Origin: Haliotis cracherodii
Taxonomy: Eukaryota
Length of the DNA: 64,000 bases
Direction of reading: 5' to 3'
Assembly (NCBI RefSeq): GCF_022045235.1
Contig: NW_027266343.1
Coordinates: forward strand, 49,166,001 to 49,230,000
Shown here: positions 60,576 through 64,000 of the stretch, piece by piece
How the letters are laid out: every line of letters begins with the position of its first letter
Position numbering within the stretch: the first letter of the stretch is position 1
Notes under the pieces: model-generated
What the model saw: only the letters and a program-made list of their open reading frames with translations
What the model was told of the DNA's origin: nothing
Databases searched by the model: none
Translations under genes and position numbers: made by a program

Positions 60576-62746
60576 TGTAATCATGGTCTTCCAATTTCTA
60601 AATGCCTATAAAAGACTTTATTAAAGTGTCTGTACCTCAGTATTTCTGAATTGTGTCCAAAAAGCAAACTGACCTTGTTGGACATCTGACCCAAAGGTGT
60701 AAAGGTCATCATTATTGCAGCATCTAAATATCACAGTGCGGGATGACAATCTACCTATTGTATAGCATAGTTCTGAGATGGTCGAACCTATAGGGCACCG
60801 GTTAACGTTTTTGTGACCGCCGTTTTGGTCAATCAGGTGCAAAGTGTGGGCAGTATGATCAAAAGACAAGAATGTTTGTAAATGTGGAAAATGATCACCC
60901 TTGAGTATTTACATTCAGTAGAGAAGCAAAGTTTGTGAAAGCTCCTACGAGTGTTAAGTTTGATTGCGGGAATTTGTTTAGGGTTGTCTATTTAGACTTG
61001 AGTGTGTTCACGACTTGCGCTTCAAACACTGTCTCTAACAATACGACCATGACAGAATTAGAGGAATTCTCAAAGGTCAGGTGCAATATAATCCATCAGG
61101 GGACAAACTATTGTGGTTGAGGCGGTCGAGAAAGTCACCTTTTGTTGGGATCTGTTCACATTCTCATCATTGACGTTTATTTCTGAAGTGGGCGGGCTCC
61201 CAATTAAGACTGCAGGAGAAAGGAGTGTGACAAGCCAATATATACGTTTCAGCTCGGGGCACGGCTTGTGTGGTTGAAAAATATTTCAGTAAGTAGATCT
61301 TTTTTCTGTTGTTATTTTCTGAGAAAGTATTTTTTATATCAATATAAATATTTTTCAATACATTTGTATATTTAAGGGTAAACAGACAATGCTTGAAAGT
61401 TTTGATGCATGTTCTACACTGAACGGTACTCTTTAATTCCAGAAAGTGTTTTGTCATATATTTGCGATTGTTTATTATTTTTCCTCGATATGCATATTCT
61501 TACGCTGATTTCATGTATTGGTTTCTCAGACGTAATTCTCAGACGTAATTCTCAGATGTATTTCGTTCTATCAGATACATACATGTAATTAAATGTGTTC
61601 ATTGACCAGTGAAGACAATGTAATATATATATGATTTAATCAGATTTATAGCTATGTACTATTTGTTGTATTGACAGACCAGAGAAGGCAATGAAAACCT
61701 TTATACATTTTTATGAAATGAATTTATAATGCTTCTATTGTGTTCACTCTTTAGTGAATATTTAAAATCAATATGATAAGTCAAGGCCACATTTTCCCAT
61801 AAATTATTCCACTTTCCTCATCCTGTAACAAGGCCAAATGCAAGAAATGAAACTTTTATTTACCTGTCTAAGAATATTACTCACTCACCCATCACTCAGT
61901 GCTTTCCTGAGTGGAATGTGAACTATATTTTCCCTTTGCCACAAAATAAATATGTGTATGTTTGGTTCAAGCATACTATACTTATAATATATGACATTAA
62001 TGCACCTCTCCATTACTTGATGAACTGAATTGTGAAAGCACTAGTTATATAAAAAGAGCAGTTTAGGGTGACATTATGAGCATTGTGGGTGCCCACTCTT
62101 CCAGCTGATTGGACAACTACTGTAGGTTAATGTACTATTACCCGGACTGCAGATCATGACTTGTGCTTGAAGTATGCTGATTAGGTGTAACAATAAGTCA
62201 GCACAGCATGACTTAAACTGTTTTTAAAGTTTATTACCTGTCTGAAACTGTTGTTGTTTTCTGGAGCAAGCTATTTTAAACATGATGTTATTTAAGTCCA
62301 CCTTGACTTGAGGAAAGCTGCCCATGTTGAATGTATGTTAAACAGTGGTATGCATGAAGTATATACTGTATATACAATGTAGCAAGTTGTTAGGCCATAT
62401 TAAGGAGTTAACACAATGTTTTCTCAGTTTCTGAGACATTATATTCAAAAAGTTCCAATTCAAGAATAGTTTTTGTGGAAAATTCTTGCTTGACAAAGAG
62501 AGTATGTTTGACTTATTTGAAGAATACTTTAAAAAAAAGAAGATTTTTGCGTTTATCATGTTAACCCTGTAATGTAATGTTATAATGGGGTTAACACACC
62601 ATTAAGATAAGACTTGAGATAATGAAGGCCACCATCACTCATGTTTATAGGGTCCCATACCTTCTGGTCATGTGAGGTCATTCTGTTATTTCCTACCTGC
62701 TGTTATATATTTCGTGGGAATAAATATTTATTTTTTGAAGAGATGA

Positions 62747-62964
62747 TATACTGACGGAAAGACATAAGGGAACAATGACACATACAGGGAAATAAGTTTT
62801 ACTGTCAGTACGTTTGAAATAGAGCACATACAAATTCAACACGTCAGAATCAAATGTTAAGATGTGTTTGCGTGCATTGTTTCCTACATGTATTTGGTAT
62901 AAGACTGGGAACCCATGATGGCATATCATTTTACTGTGTTCCCTTATTTATTTCCATCAGTATA
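62747..62964. mobile_element. Tc1/mariner-like MITE
   Basis: TIR TATACTGACGGAAAGACATAAGGGAACA / TGTTCCCTTATTTATTTCCATCAGTATA. Confidence 0.8.
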
Positions 62965-64000
62965 TCATGAAGTGAGCAAGTGCTACCAATACAAGTTGCA
63001 TGCATTAGTATGTAGAAATAATATTCCTGTCTAAAACTAAGTGTTCCTTATTTATCTTTATCAGTATAAATACCAGGGGTGTCACACTGTGACGATTATC
63101 AATGTGTGGCTCCATCACTAGTCTACACCTGTCCCATTGCTATATTATGTTCATGTATTGATTCATATCTTAATTCTGTATTGACTTTCACAACGTAATG
63201 TTTGTACTCGCCTGACCCAGTGACTACTCAGTGGCTTACAATGCTGCCTGTCATGAAATATAGGGCTAGATGTTATTCTGTAATATAGTATTTTATAACA
63301 AGGCTAAATTAGCAATCACGCCAGTTATACACAAACTGGTTGATGACGCTGGCCTCTTGTCAGCCAGGCCACGAAGGCAGAACAAATGAATCTGTGTTTC
63401 AAGGTTTTAGTGATTGATATAATTAAAGATGAAATCACAAAAATGCTCCTCTTGCAGAAAAAAACAGAAATTGTTGAAAATTCAGTGCTAAACAAATTTA
63501 TACACCCATGTTTGATGGTGGCTAAAAATGAAACGCAGAAGAAATGGTTATTCGATGGTGATGTATTTGATACTGTTATCATAGTTGTGGTTTGGACTTA
63601 ATATTTGTTTCGGGAACTGTATCGGTCTAGTAATGTCTTGATAACGTTTGCAATTTTGAAGTCAAATTCAGTTTTCAAGTGTGTGCCTTCTTTTGTCAGG
63701 CAGTTTAATACATACATATGCTTCCCAAGTCCAAGACATTCATCCCATAATTGACCTCAGTTGTTGCTTGTTTAAAATTTCAAAATATAATTAACACTCT
63801 TCTATTTCCTACTTTGTCTTTTCAAAAATTAAAATGATGAAAGCAACTCCAGAAGTTGATTGATATGGGAAGGGATTCAACTTTTTGACTTACCCAAGAA
63901 ACATACTTTTTTCATCTTAAAGGTTCGTCTTATCTTGTGTTTCTCCCTGCAGATCTTTAGGGAGATGGCTTGCAATATTATTTTTTTGCCATTTTGTTTA

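Noticed and set aside
63953-64000. Strong acceptor TTTCTCCCTGCAG near the window end as KNDC1 exon 2
   Set aside because: In phase 1 it reads D-L-stop.

Overview
This is AT-rich, repeat-dense animal genomic DNA with spliceosomal introns. The SINE repertoire suggests a mollusc, probably abalone-like; that assignment is from recall and is unverified. Three protein-coding genes were reconstructed by hand from GT-AG junctions with consistent phases. (1) The last four coding exons of a PDZD7/whirlin-like PDZ protein (+, 2721-8063). (2) A complete five-exon SPATA24 (-, 23615-16063, 213 aa). (3) The first coding exon of a KIND-domain gene most like KNDC1/very-KIND (+, 28200-28437), divergent from SPATA24 and followed by at least 35 kb with no recognisable next exon. 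The remainder comprises four SINE-like families with related 3' tails, many hAT-type MITEs with 8-bp TSDs, Tc1- and Harbinger-like MITEs, fold-back hairpins, a LINE relic, about 15 minisatellites and a 224-N gap. Five observations stand out. (a) A 428-bp miniature LTR retrotransposon with two identical 161-bp LTRs, each containing a tRNA-Arg-derived Pol III cassette, plus a tRNA-Lys PBS, nested in a hAT MITE (41749-42176). (b) A 57-bp tandem array that multiplies the splice acceptor of the last SPATA24 exon. (c) A non-tRNA SINE-like family whose fixed 5' end can fold into a covarying, pseudoknotted structure. (d) A minisatellite born inside a copy of that family. (e) Minisatellites built from RFX X-box-like and CCAAT motifs between two cilia/sperm-associated genes. 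Almost all ORFs in the supplied track are repeat artefacts.
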